A stretch of 63,129 nt of DNA, counting the filler. It is 5 parts of 5 records of this genome, joined end to end, with 100 filler letters (N's around TTAATTAATTAA, not from the genome) between each part and the next. Parts side by side here need not be neighbours in the genome. Positions count along the whole stretch, not along the records: positions 19,297 to 27,343 come from SRR31156797_1708; positions 27,444 to 40,583 come from SRR31156797_1713; 3 more parts are not named here. One strand, given 5' to 3'. Made by a program: the position numbers and the translations under genes. A model generated the notes under the pieces. The model ran no database searches and was not told where the DNA came from. It was given only the letters and a program-made list of their open reading frames with translations. Positions 20,068 to 29,926 of the stretch are shown piece after piece (positions within the stretch are counted from its first letter, which is position 1; each line of letters begins with the position of its first letter).

Positions 20068-22983
20068 TTAAAGGCTAAGTTTTATTATAAACTCTGCTCC
20101 TTTGTAGTTTTCCTCTAAATAAGTATATTTCGCATTTTTCGCTTCTATTAACCCAAACATATGTTTTTCAATTATTATTTGTGTCATATACAAACCTATA
20201 CCAGTTCCTTGTGACTGATGTTTTGTAGTAAAATAAGGCTCAAATATATTTTTTATAATTTTTTCGTCAATTCCACCAGCATTATCTTTAATGCTTATTA
20301 TGATTTTTTTATTTGCTCTCATAATATCAATAAATAATAACCTGTTTTGTTTTATTTTAACCAAAGCATCTTTTGCATTATAAATTATATTTATCATTGC
20401 TTGAGTAAACTCATTTTCATAACTATTTATAACTGCATCATCTTTTGAACCAATAATTACTTGTATATCATTACTTTTAAATACACCCTCCATCAAGGAC
20501 ATATTTTTTTCTATAGCTTTTATGATAGAAAACTCATTAGTCTCTTTATTTGATTTAAAAAAGTTTCTAAAGTCTTCAATAGTTTCAGATAAATGTTGAG
20601 CTGTTTGATTTATCTTTTCTAAATCCCTTTTTTCTTCTGTTTTATCTAATATCCCTAAATCACTTTTTAGTTCAATCCCTGTAGAAAGAGAGCTTATTAA
20701 ACTCAATGGCTGTCTCCATTGGTGAGCAATATTTTCAAGCATTTGCCCCATAGCTGCCATTTTTGATTGTTGGAAAAGAAGTTGTTCTTTTTGTTTTGTT
20801 TCTGTGATATCTATAACTGCAGAGATTCTCACATTTTTAGAATTTATTTGTGCATTTGTTCCTTTTGCAATTACTTCAATTAAAGTACCATCTTTCTTTT
20901 TACCCTTTACTTCATATGCAGAAGAATTGTTAGATTTTATTTTTTGTTTTACTGTATCATAAGTCTCTTGTGTCATAAAATCTTTTAGATGTTTTCCTAT
21001 TATTTCATTTTTTGAAGAGTAACCAAACATTGCATGTGTGATGTTATTTGCATCAATACAAATATCATCTTCAAAGATAAATATAGCTTCAGTAACACTG
21101 TCAATTAATACCTCAAAATCTTTTATTGAAGATTCAAGTTTTCTTTTTGTATCCATCAACTCTGTATTTGTATTATTTAAAGCTTCTCTTTGTCTTTGTA
21201 ACTTTTTATTGTGTTTTGCCAATTGTAAATGCCGATAAGATAAAAATAATCCTACTACTAATATAAATAAACCAATTTGATAAAACAGTTGATAATCAAA
21301 AGCTGATTCAACTTTTACTGAAACATATTTATTTAAAATATCTTGTCTAGTTTTTTCATCTATTACTTTTACTGCTTTTTGCATCAGTTGAAATAAAATC
21401 TCATCATCATTTCTTACCCCAACACCAAGTTCAAAGTTATAATTGAACTTACCACTTATTTTCAATTCACCTAAAAACTCATGTTGTAAAGAGTAAGCAA
21501 TTGTAGGTAAAGAATCAATAAATCCATAAAGTTCACCCTTCGCAACTCTTTGCATACCATCAGTTACATTATCTACTTCTACAAGTTTATTATCATGATG
21601 AACACTTTTTAAAATTTCTGCAATTGAATATCCCTTTACCACACCAATTTTTTTATCATTTAGTAATGAATCAGGATTTGAGATAAACATCTCTCCTGTT
21701 TTTGTTGCAATTACAATAGGAAAAGATACATAAGGAGTAGTAAAATTCATGAACTCTAATCTTTTTGGAGAAGCCATTGCTAAAGAGAAAATATCACATT
21801 TTCTTTCTTTTGCATACTCCATAGATTGAGTCCAACTTTTTGTAGGAATAAGTTTGATTGGTATTCCAATATTTTTTGAAATGATTGGTATAAACTCTGA
21901 TGTCATTCCATAATGTATGCCATTGACAATCTTTTCATAAGGCAACCAATCAGGGTCAATACACATAGTAACAAAATCCTTGTTATTTATGTATTCTCTT
22001 TGTTTTTTTGTAAAATTTAGTCCATTTTTAGAGTTTTCAGTTATATTATAAACGATATCATTGATATTAAAAAATTTATCCTTTATAATACCTTCTGAAT
22101 ATAGATTGTTTATAGATCTTTGAAGTTGTTGTTTATTTATCTCTCCAATTGAGTAAATAGAAGGCATCATCAATTTGTCTATTTGATTTGCTTCAAACAG
22201 TAAAGCTTCTTTTTCTTTTACATTTGAATATTTTTTATAAATAATATCAACAATTTCTTCTTTGTTTTCTAAAGCATATTTCCAACCCTTGTTAGTAGCT
22301 TCAACAAAATTTTTTACAAGCTCTGGGTTTGTTAAAATTAATTTTTCACTTGTAAAAACATTGACACCTGAACCACTAATCCCGTACATTTGTGGGTCAA
22401 TTATGTTAAAGGCTTTGTTTGATTTTTGTAGATGATATATTTCATTTGACAAATATGCACTCATTACATCAACTTTTCCAGAAATAAAATCATCAGGAGT
22501 ATATTTATGGTCTCTAAAAACAAAATCATCTTTTGTAATACTAAATTTTTTAAGTAATGTACTTAGAGTGGACACTTCTAATTGACCTTTAGTTGCCATA
22601 ATAACTTTATTTTTTAAATCAAAAGGAGTTACAATATTCTGGTTTGTAACAAATACAAGTGCTGAACGCTTAAAATAATTTGCAATTAATTTTAGCTTTT
22701 CTCTTTCATTTTTTAAACTAACTAAAGAGAAATCATAAAGGGCAAATTGATCAGTTCCATCTCTTAAATTTTTTAAAATATCTATGCCATTTTCATACTC
22801 TTTGATATTGACATCTAAACCAACATCTTCATAAAAACCTTTTTCTTTTGCTGCGATAAATCCAGCAAACTCAAATTGATACTTCCAATTCAGTTGTAAA
22901 GAGATTTTTTCTAAGCCTTGAGTTGAAGATAATAAAAAATCTGAAAATATGATAAGTAAAAATAATTTTTTTATTAAATTCAA
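20068..22983 (-). CDS. Sensor histidine kinase: NMT1/THI5-like and PBPb periplasmic domains, PAS, HisKA, HATPase
   Basis: LQLNWKYQFEFAGFIAAKEKGFY, CIDPDWLPYE, TM, PAS, ENIAHQWRQPL, DNAGG, FEPYFTTK, GTGIGLY. Confidence 0.92.
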   Translation of the reverse strand: MNLIKKLFLLIIFSDFLLSSTQGLEKISLQLNWKYQFEFAGFIAAKEKGFYEDVGLDVNIKEYENGIDILKNLRDGTDQFALYDFSLVSLKNEREKLKLIANYFKRSALVFVTNQNIVTPFDLKNKVIMATKGQLEVSTLSTLLKKFSITKDDFVFRDHKYTPDDFISGKVDVMSAYLSNEIYHLQKSNKAFNIIDPQMYGISGSGVNVFTSEKLILTNPELVKNFVEATNKGWKYALENKEEIVDIIYKKYSNVKEKEALLFEANQIDKLMMPSIYSIGEINKQQLQRSINNLYSEGIIKDKFFNINDIVYNITENSKNGLNFTKKQREYINNKDFVTMCIDPDWLPYEKIVNGIHYGMTSEFIPIISKNIGIPIKLIPTKSWTQSMEYAKERKCDIFSLAMASPKRLEFMNFTTPYVSFPIVIATKTGEMFISNPDSLLNDKKIGVVKGYSIAEILKSVHHDNKLVEVDNVTDGMQRVAKGELYGFIDSLPTIAYSLQHEFLGELKISGKFNYNFELGVGVRNDDEILFQLMQKAVKVIDEKTRQDILNKYVSVKVESAFDYQLFYQIGLFILVVGLFLSYRHLQLAKHNKKLQRQREALNNTNTELMDTKRKLESSIKDFEVLIDSVTEAIFIFEDDICIDANNITHAMFGYSSKNEIIGKHLKDFMTQETYDTVKQKIKSNNSSAYEVKGKKKDGTLIEVIAKGTNAQINSKNVRISAVIDITETKQKEQLLFQQSKMAAMGQMLENIAHQWRQPLSLISSLSTGIELKSDLGILDKTEEKRDLEKINQTAQHLSETIEDFRNFFKSNKETNEFSIIKAIEKNMSLMEGVFKSNDIQVIIGSKDDAVINSYENEFTQAMINIIYNAKDALVKIKQNRLLFIDIMRANKKIIISIKDNAGGIDEKIIKNIFEPYFTTKHQSQGTGIGLYMTQIIIEKHMFGLIEAKNAKYTYLEENYKGAEFIIKLSL

Positions 22984-23038
22984 TTAATCTCCTGTTTTTA
23001 TTCTAATATTATCTAAAATATTATTAAAGAGTAAAATA

Positions 23039-23902
23039 TTATGTGTATTTTCTTTCATATCTTTTTAACATAGTTTGATTCCCTAAAATTCCACCTTGGT
23101 GGATATATAAAATATTTTTATTTTCTATTTTTTTTAGGGCTAAAAGTCCGAGAGGATCATACAATAAATCAAACTCAATATTTGTTTGTTTTTTAACATC
23201 CTTCCATATCTCATAAAACTCTTTATAAAGTTTTCCAAAATGATACTTTCTAGGCATATCTATAATTGTTGGATGAAATCTCTCATCATTTTCTAAATGA
23301 AAAAACTGTTTTTTTAAATATTCACTTCCACCTACACAAGAAACAGTAAAAACCTCAAAAGGTACATTTTTTTGTAAGAACAAAGCAGTTGTTCCAGTCC
23401 CACTTGGCAATACAATTTTTAAATCTAATATTTTATTTTCTTTAGTCCAAGATATTATTTCACTTGCTAATATCTTAATACCAAATTCTGCTTCCTTTAC
23501 TCTTCCACCCTCTTCTAAAAAAATACTTTCATTATCCAAAATTGATGGGATATATTCATCAAATTTGACATCATTTTTTTCTATAATATTTGCATTGTTT
23601 TCTAAAGCAGCTTTATAGTTTCCATCTGGATTTTCTTTTAAAAAAGAAGCAATATGTTGAACATAAAAGTCTAGCTTTAAACCTTTTAATTTGGCTAAAA
23701 CAGACAAAGAATATAAAGAGTTGGCCTGAGCAGAACCATAACTTATAATCCTCTTCTTACCTTTAAAATCTTTATTTAAAAAATAAAAAAACTTTCTAGC
23801 TTTATTGCCAGAAAACTCTTTATCTAACAAGTCATCTCTTTTGATAAATATCTCTTTGTTATCAAGTTTTACTTTTTCTATTGGGGAGTTTTTAAATTTC
23901 AT
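23039..23902 (-). CDS. PLP-dependent ACC deaminase / D-cysteine desulfhydrase-family protein
   Basis: IKRDDLL...FSGNKARK, SYGSAQAN, PSGTGTTA, FDLLYD, YIHQGG. Confidence 0.88.
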   Translation of the reverse strand: MKFKNSPIEKVKLDNKEIFIKRDDLLDKEFSGNKARKFFYFLNKDFKGKKRIISYGSAQANSLYSLSVLAKLKGLKLDFYVQHIASFLKENPDGNYKAALENNANIIEKNDVKFDEYIPSILDNESIFLEEGGRVKEAEFGIKILASEIISWTKENKILDLKIVLPSGTGTTALFLQKNVPFEVFTVSCVGGSEYLKKQFFHLENDERFHPTIIDMPRKYHFGKLYKEFYEIWKDVKKQTNIEFDLLYDPLGLLALKKIENKNILYIHQGGILGNQTMLKRYERKYT

Positions 23903-24084
23903 AAATTGATTATACAGAACTTAATATATATACTTTATTTAAAAAGGCAATCTTATTTTTTAGAATTTTTGGTATTATAAAATTATAATTGTTTAAATCA
24001 ATATTGAGTATTATTCACCTAATGTTTACCATAAATTGGTATTATATTTAAATATTGGACAAAATAAAATAATAAGAAGGCGAT

Positions 24085-24558
24085 ATGAATTTAGTAGAAT
24101 ACCTAGATAAAGGTGGAGTTATTGTATATATTTTGATTTTTCTAAATATTATTGGTTTTACAATAATTCTTTGGAAGTTTTTTACAATACCAAGAAAAAA
24201 TGCCATGGTAAAAAATATTAAATCAAAAGTAGATTTAACAAACCTAAAAACATTAGAAATACAAATTGAATATGAAGTTAAAAGATTAGAATCAGGACTT
24301 ACTTATATTAAAAACATTGCATCAGTTGCTCCTTTATTAGGACTTTTAGGAACAGTATATGGTGTATTTAAATCTTTTGAGGTTATTACACAAAAAGGTT
24401 TAGGTGATCCTACAGTATTTTCTGGTGGTATTTCAATTGCACTTATTACAACTATTGCTGGTCTTATAGTTGCAATTCCACATCTTTTTGCCTATAACTA
24501 TTTTATTTCAGTTATAGACTCTATTGAATTAAAAGCAAAAAAAGAGTTACTTGAATAA
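24085..24558 (+). CDS. exbB: MotA/TolQ/ExbB proton channel protein
   Basis: IASVAPLLGLLGTVYG, GGISIALITTIAGLIVAIP. Confidence 0.9.
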   Translation: MNLVEYLDKGGVIVYILIFLNIIGFTIILWKFFTIPRKNAMVKNIKSKVDLTNLKTLEIQIEYEVKRLESGLTYIKNIASVAPLLGLLGTVYGVFKSFEVITQKGLGDPTVFSGGISIALITTIAGLIVAIPHLFAYNYFISVIDSIELKAKKELLE

Positions 24559-24944
24559 TGAAAAGACGAGAACCTATAGGTATAGATTTAACACCTATTA
24601 TTGATGTTGTATTTATACTTTTAATATTTTTCATAGTAACTTCAGTATTCAAAAAAGATGAGCTTGCTCTAATGCTTGACTTACCTGAATCAAGCGCAAG
24701 TGCAATTGAAATAGATGAAGAGCAAGTTTTTATTGAATTAAATGAAGATAAGATTGCCATAAGAGGCATTGAAGTAAATGAAATATCTCTTGAAGAGAGT
24801 TTAAAAGCAATTAAAAATAAGAAAAAAGCAGTAATTGTTAGAATTGATAAAAATACAAAATATGAAAGAGTTACTACGGTTTTGGATTTATTACAAAAAT
24901 ATAATCTAAATAACCTTGCTTTAGTTACTAAAGAAAAAAATTAA
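24558..24944 (+). CDS. exbD: ExbD/TolR biopolymer transport protein
   Basis: DLTPIIDVVFILLIFFIVT, LDLPES, VRIDK. Confidence 0.9.
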   Translation: MKRREPIGIDLTPIIDVVFILLIFFIVTSVFKKDELALMLDLPESSASAIEIDEEQVFIELNEDKIAIRGIEVNEISLEESLKAIKNKKKAVIVRIDKNTKYERVTTVLDLLQKYNLNNLALVTKEKN

Positions 24945-24970
24945 AAACTAAGCATTCCTGCTTAGTTTTT
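24943..24970. terminator. Bidirectional intrinsic terminator between convergent exbD and fbaA
   Basis: AAAAACTAAGCA-TTCC-TGCTTAGTTTTT. Confidence 0.75.
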
Positions 24971-26029
24971 ATCTAATGAACAAAGATCAGAGTATGCAGT
25001 TTCTAATCTTGCAATCATAGATTCTTGTCCACTTCTAATCCATTTTCTTGGATCATAATATGATTTGTTAGGTTTATCTTCACCATCAGGGTTTCCAATT
25101 TGACCTTGCAAATAATCATGGTTTTTAGCGACAAATGCTCTTACACCATCCCAAAATGCCCATTGAGTATCAGTGTCAATATTCATTTTAATAACACCAT
25201 AAGTTAAAGCTTCTCTAATCTCATGAAGTTCAGAACCTGAACCACCATGGAATACAAAATCAACAGGTTTTGCATCTAAAGAGTGTTTTTCTTCAATATA
25301 TTTTTGAGAGTTGTCTAAGATTTTTGGACTTAATACAACATTTCCAGGTTTATAAACACCATGAACATTACCAAAAGAAGCTGCAATAGTAAAGTTTGGA
25401 CCAACTTCACTTAGCTTTTCATAAGCATAACATACCTCTTCAGGTTGAGTATAAAGTAGTGCATTATCAACATCAGTGTTATCTACACCATCTTCTTCTC
25501 CACCTGTAATTCCAAGTTCAATCTCAATTAACATATCTAAAGAACTCATAGTTTTAAAATACTCTACACAAGTATCAACATTTTCTTCTAATGACTCTTC
25601 TGATAAATCTAACATGTGAGATGTATATAAAGGTTTTCCTGTTCTTTCATAATGCTCTTTACCAGCTGCAAGTAAACCATCAATCCAAGGAAGAAGTTTT
25701 CTTGCTGCATGGTCAGTGTGTAAAATTACAGGCACACCATAAGCTTTTGCCATTGTATGAACATGTTGTGCACCACTTATTCCACCTAAAATTCCAGCAT
25801 CAGGAGTTTTAAGCCCTTTGCCAGCAAAGAATTGAGCTCCTCCATTTGAAAACTGAATAATAATAGGAGACTTTACTTTAGCAGCTACTTCTAAAACGGC
25901 ATTTACAGAATCAGTTCCAACAACATTTACAGCAGGAATTGCAAAATTATTCTCTTTTGCATATGCAAACACTTTTTTTGCTTCACTACCACTTAGTACA
26001 CCAGGTTCTACAATATCTAATACACCCAT
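24962..26029 (-). CDS. fbaA: Class II fructose-bisphosphate aldolase
   Basis: FAIPAVNV, ILHTDHA, SHMLDLS, ELGITGGEEDG, FGNVHGVYKPGN, VFHGGSGS, KMNIDTD, YYDPR; start MGVLD at 26029 with SD GGAG. Confidence 0.97.
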   Translation of the reverse strand: MGVLDIVEPGVLSGSEAKKVFAYAKENNFAIPAVNVVGTDSVNAVLEVAAKVKSPIIIQFSNGGAQFFAGKGLKTPDAGILGGISGAQHVHTMAKAYGVPVILHTDHAARKLLPWIDGLLAAGKEHYERTGKPLYTSHMLDLSEESLEENVDTCVEYFKTMSSLDMLIEIELGITGGEEDGVDNTDVDNALLYTQPEEVCYAYEKLSEVGPNFTIAASFGNVHGVYKPGNVVLSPKILDNSQKYIEEKHSLDAKPVDFVFHGGSGSELHEIREALTYGVIKMNIDTDTQWAFWDGVRAFVAKNHDYLQGQIGNPDGEDKPNKSYYDPRKWIRSGQESMIARLETAYSDLCSLDKN

Positions 26030-26041
26030 TTTTCTCTCCAA

Positions 26042-26863
26042 TTACTTAATTACAATCTTAGCTTTGCTTTTTAATGCTTCAGCTTCTTTTTTTATTTTTT
26101 CTTGAAACTTTTCTTGGAAAACAACATTTTTGATTTTTGGTTTAACTTCATCAAAACCTAATTTTTTTGCATCTTCTTTACCATCTAGATAAATTACATG
26201 GTATCCAAACTGTGTTTTTACAGGAGTTTTTGTATAAGTTCCAACTTTAAGTTCTTTTGCTGCTGCAGAAAATTCTGGAACCATTCTTCCCTCTGGGAAT
26301 TTACCTAAATATCCACCTTTTGGACCAGTAGGACCAACTGATTTTTCTTTTGCTAATTTAATAAATTCATCTTTTTTGTTTGAAGCTTTATTTAATTGTT
26401 TGATTACATCTTTAGCTTCTGCTTCTGTTTTAGTTAAAATATGTCTTGCTTCTAAAGTAGCTGGAACATTGAATTTGTCTTTGTTTTTATCAAAAAATTC
26501 TTTCATATCTTTTTCAGAAACTTCAATTTTTTTAGATTCATTTTGCATCCAAATTTCTAATGCTAATTCTTTTTCAAATTTTGCTAAAGTTTCTTTGTAT
26601 TTTGGGTCTTTTTGAACTCCACTTTTTTGTGCTTTTTGACTTAAAAGCTTTTTTTCTACGATTTGATCAATTACTTGGTTTTGAGTTTTTTTAGGAAGCT
26701 GTGTAAATTCAACTTTTGCACCTCTTAAAACCATTGCAATATCTTGTTCTGTAATTGCATCTCCATTTACTGAACCATAATCAGCTGCATTCAATGCTAA
26801 AGTTGAAAGAGCTAATGTTGCTATTAAACTTGTTACTAATTTTTTACTTCTCATTTTAATCAT
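26042..26863 (-). CDS. Periplasmic parvulin PPIase (PEB4/Cbf2, PrsA-like)
   Basis: Signal peptide; ARHIL, FIKLAKEKS, GGYLG, MVPEF, PVKTQFGYHVI; adjacent to fbaA as in Campylobacterota. Confidence 0.92.
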   Translation of the reverse strand: MIKMRSKKLVTSLIATLALSTLALNAADYGSVNGDAITEQDIAMVLRGAKVEFTQLPKKTQNQVIDQIVEKKLLSQKAQKSGVQKDPKYKETLAKFEKELALEIWMQNESKKIEVSEKDMKEFFDKNKDKFNVPATLEARHILTKTEAEAKDVIKQLNKASNKKDEFIKLAKEKSVGPTGPKGGYLGKFPEGRMVPEFSAAAKELKVGTYTKTPVKTQFGYHVIYLDGKEDAKKLGFDEVKPKIKNVVFQEKFQEKIKKEAEALKSKAKIVIK

Positions 26864-27193
26864 TATATTCCTTAAAATTTAAATCTTTACTATTCTATCT
26901 TTTTTTTACTAACAAAAAGTTAACTCTTATTAGTAATCATATTTTGAATTGCTCAAATTAAGACTTTTTTAATCTAGATAAAATTAATTTTTAAATTTTA
27001 AACTAATTAATTTACTAAGATTTGTTATTTTTATCAAAATTTGTATGAAATTCTATACAAATTTAAGGTTATTTTTAAAAAATTTTAAAATTTAACTTAA
27101 AAAGCCTTTAAATTTTACTAAATCTATGATATAATTCCGTCAAAATTTAAACTTAACTTAAATTTAAGCTAACGAAAAATAAGGGAAATCTAT

Positions 27194-27343
27194 ATGAGAA
27201 TATTAATTATCGAAGATGAAATTACATTAAATAGAACTTTACAAGAAGGGCTTACTGACTTTGGTTATCAAGTAGATGCTGCTGAAAACTATAAAGATGC
27301 TGAATATTTTATAGATATTAGAAATTATGATTTAGTATTAACT
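27194..27343 (+). CDS. hsrA: OmpR-family homeostatic response regulator HsrA/CosR (truncated)
   Basis: MRILIIEDEITLNRTLQEGLTDFGYQVD...YFIDIRNYDLVL. Confidence 0.8.
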
Positions 27344-27443
27344 NNNNNNNNNNNNNNNNNNNNNNNNNNNNNNNNNNNNNNNNNNNNTTAATTAATTAAN
27401 NNNNNNNNNNNNNNNNNNNNNNNNNNNNNNNNNNNNNNNNNNN
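27344..27443. other. Artificial contig linker
   Basis: N44-TTAATTAATTAA-N44. Confidence 0.99.
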
Positions 27444-28023
27444 ACTTCCTAGTCCACTTATTAATAGAATGGTTCATATTGTTTTAGAAGCTAAATATGA
27501 TGATTTTAAAGTATGGGCTATTAAAAATGAGATTCATCCTTTTGTAATAGGTTTCTTAGGATTTAGACCAGATTTATTAAGTTCAGAAGTACCAAGTTCA
27601 ACAGAAACAAATCCAGCTTTTTGTACACCAAGAGCTTGGAATATGTTATCAAATATCATCAAAGCAAATGGAGATTTAAGTAGATTACACCCAATTATAT
27701 ATGGAACTGTTGGTTATGCAGCTGGAATTGAGTTTATCTCTTTTGTTAAAGTATATAAAACTCTACCTGATATAGATGCTATTTTAGATGGTAAAAGTGA
27801 AACTATACCTGAAGAGCCAAGTGCATTGTATGCTTTATGTGCTGCGATTATTGAAAAATATAACTCAACAAATCAAGCTGATAATCTGTTTGCATATACA
27901 AAGCTTTTGCCAGTTGAGTTTAATGTGATGCTTATTAAAGACTTGATTATAAAAGATGAAAATATTGCAGAGTTAGAAGCTTTTGACTCATGGATGGAGG
28001 AGTATGGTGAGTACATCATATGA
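27444..28023 (+). CDS. MoxR-like AAA+ ATPase, C-terminal part (5' truncated)
   Basis: Frame is open from the contig edge: LPSPLINRMVH (arginine-finger region) and AFCTPRAW (sensor-2); directly upstream of a DUF2201/vWA gene. Confidence 0.82.
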
Positions 28024-29233
28024 TGAAGTTTTTCAGAAAATAAGAATAAATTTTCTGTTTAACCATCCTTTTCTTTCTGTATTAGCACTATCAATTCCTA
28101 CACTTTTTATGGAAAATAAAAATAGTGCTTTTCAAACTAATGGTAGTGAAATCCATATAGACTTGAAAAAACTTGAAAGGTATTCAAGTGATGAGATAAC
28201 TTATCTTTATGCTCATACACTTTTACATATAGTTTTAAAACACCCTTTTAGACAAAAAACAAGAGAACAAAAACTTTGGAATCAAGCTTGTGATTTAGTT
28301 ATAAATCTTATTATGTCAGATTTCTCAAATGTTGGGCAAATGCCAGTTGATGAGATGTTAGATTTAGATTTAAAAGATAAGTGTGTTGAAGAGGTTTATG
28401 AAATTCTTTATAAAGAGAATGAAAAAGAAGAAAGTGAAGATACTAGTGATAGTGAGAAAAAAGAGCAAGAGATAAAAACAACACCAAATGAAAAAGGTGA
28501 TTTAAAAACTCATATTTATGACCCTTCAAAGATGGATTTAGAAGAGGTTAATGATGATAAGACAAACGAAGGTGAGAGAGAAAAACTTGACGGTATAATT
28601 GTCCAAGCTTTATCAATAGCAAAGAAAAACTCAAAAGAGTATATTGGAATGCAAATAGAGATTGATACTTTGATAAAACCTGAAATCTCACTTCAAGATA
28701 CTTTAAAAGAGTATTTAATCTCTTCCTTATTTGAAAAAACATCTACTTATGAAAGACCAAATAAAAGATTTGTTCATACAGGATTATATCTTCCAGGAAG
28801 TAAAAAAAGTGATGAACTTATAGAGGTTTATATAGCTTTAGATAGCAGTTCTAGTGTTACTCTTGATGAGTATAAAAAGTTTTTGGGTGTAGTAAAAGAT
28901 GTTTGTGATGGTTTTTATGAATATAAAGTTACTGTTTTACCTTTTGATTTAAAAGTAAAAGAGGAGCATATTATAAACTTTGATTCTTTTAATCCTTTAA
29001 GTGAAGATGAACTTTTTATACCTAAAAGTGATGGTGGAACAGATTTTGATGAGGTATTAAGATATCTAAAAAAATCAAGTGATATTAAAAATGACAATCT
29101 TCTTATGGTATTAACTGATGGGGAGTTTGAGTTAACTGAAGCTTTAGTTTGTACAACATTGTTTGTGATTAGTGAAAAGAAAAATATTACGAGGTTTGAA
29201 AGATTTGGAAGAGTTATTCAATTTGACCTATAA
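28004..29233 (+). CDS. DUF2201-type protein: metallopeptidase-like N-domain + vWA domain
   Basis: HPFLSVL, FQTNG, YAHTLLHIVLKH, WNQACDLVIN, acidic linker, RPNKRF..LYLPG, MIDAS ALDSSSS, GGTDF, VLTDG; SD GGAGG. Confidence 0.88.
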   Translation: MVSTSYDEVFQKIRINFLFNHPFLSVLALSIPTLFMENKNSAFQTNGSEIHIDLKKLERYSSDEITYLYAHTLLHIVLKHPFRQKTREQKLWNQACDLVINLIMSDFSNVGQMPVDEMLDLDLKDKCVEEVYEILYKENEKEESEDTSDSEKKEQEIKTTPNEKGDLKTHIYDPSKMDLEEVNDDKTNEGEREKLDGIIVQALSIAKKNSKEYIGMQIEIDTLIKPEISLQDTLKEYLISSLFEKTSTYERPNKRFVHTGLYLPGSKKSDELIEVYIALDSSSSVTLDEYKKFLGVVKDVCDGFYEYKVTVLPFDLKVKEEHIINFDSFNPLSEDELFIPKSDGGTDFDEVLRYLKKSSDIKNDNLLMVLTDGEFELTEALVCTTLFVISEKKNITRFERFGRVIQFDL

Positions 29234-29909
29234 AGATGAGGTTGAACTACTAAAAGATGAAGAGGATTTTGAAAGCTTAGGTGATGAGAAGTATTTAGAA
29301 CATCACGATATGGAAGCAAGACTTTATTGGGCTTTTTGTAGACCAAATGGCTCAAGGGAAGAACAAATAGCCGATAGTGAACCTCTTGTTTCAATAATGG
29401 CTTTTAATCACTCAAAACTACCTGCACTAAAAAGATTTCAACTACTTCATAAAGATGTTATAAAAAAAGATGATTTAAGAGTAAAAATAAGAAACAGAAC
29501 AAGAATGCTTTTTAGAAGTTTAGTTGATGATGACTTCACTGAACTAAATAAAGTATTAGATTTAGTTCCAGTTTTTTTACCTGTTGCAATAGACCAGTTA
29601 AAAACAGGAAGGAAATGGAACGATATAGTTGCAATAGAAACAGAAGCTACAAAGTTTTTACAAAAAGCAAAAGAGTATATAGATAAGAGTCTTTTAGAAG
29701 CTTTATACTTTAAACTTCAAAGTTTTGAAGAGTTTGACCAAAGTGAGTTAAAAGAGTATTTAGAAGAGCTAAGAAATAAAAAAAATGATATAGATAAAAT
29801 AATCTTAGATTACTATTTTGAAAAAGCTTTTGAGTGGATAGAAGATAGTGATTTGCATCTTCTTCAAAAAAAGGGTTTAGAAAAAGTAGCTAAGTTTTTG
29901 TTAGACTAA
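29205..29909 (+). CDS. Hypothetical alpha-helical protein, paralogue A
   Basis: Overlaps the vWA gene end; likely TTG start at 29205 (MEELFNLTY); C-terminal 139 aa align without gaps to the 31188-31751 protein. Confidence 0.8.
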   Translation: MEELFNLTYKDEVELLKDEEDFESLGDEKYLEHHDMEARLYWAFCRPNGSREEQIADSEPLVSIMAFNHSKLPALKRFQLLHKDVIKKDDLRVKIRNRTRMLFRSLVDDDFTELNKVLDLVPVFLPVAIDQLKTGRKWNDIVAIETEATKFLQKAKEYIDKSLLEALYFKLQSFEEFDQSELKEYLEELRNKKNDIDKIILDYYFEKAFEWIEDSDLHLLQKKGLEKVAKFLLD

Positions 29910-29926
29910 AAGCTACTTTCTTTTAT

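Noticed and set aside
24085-24944. exbBD without tonB as a novel motor or defence (ZorAB-like) pair
   Set aside because: Ordinary short ExbB/ExbD sequences with no long tail or OmpA domain; stand-alone pairs are common
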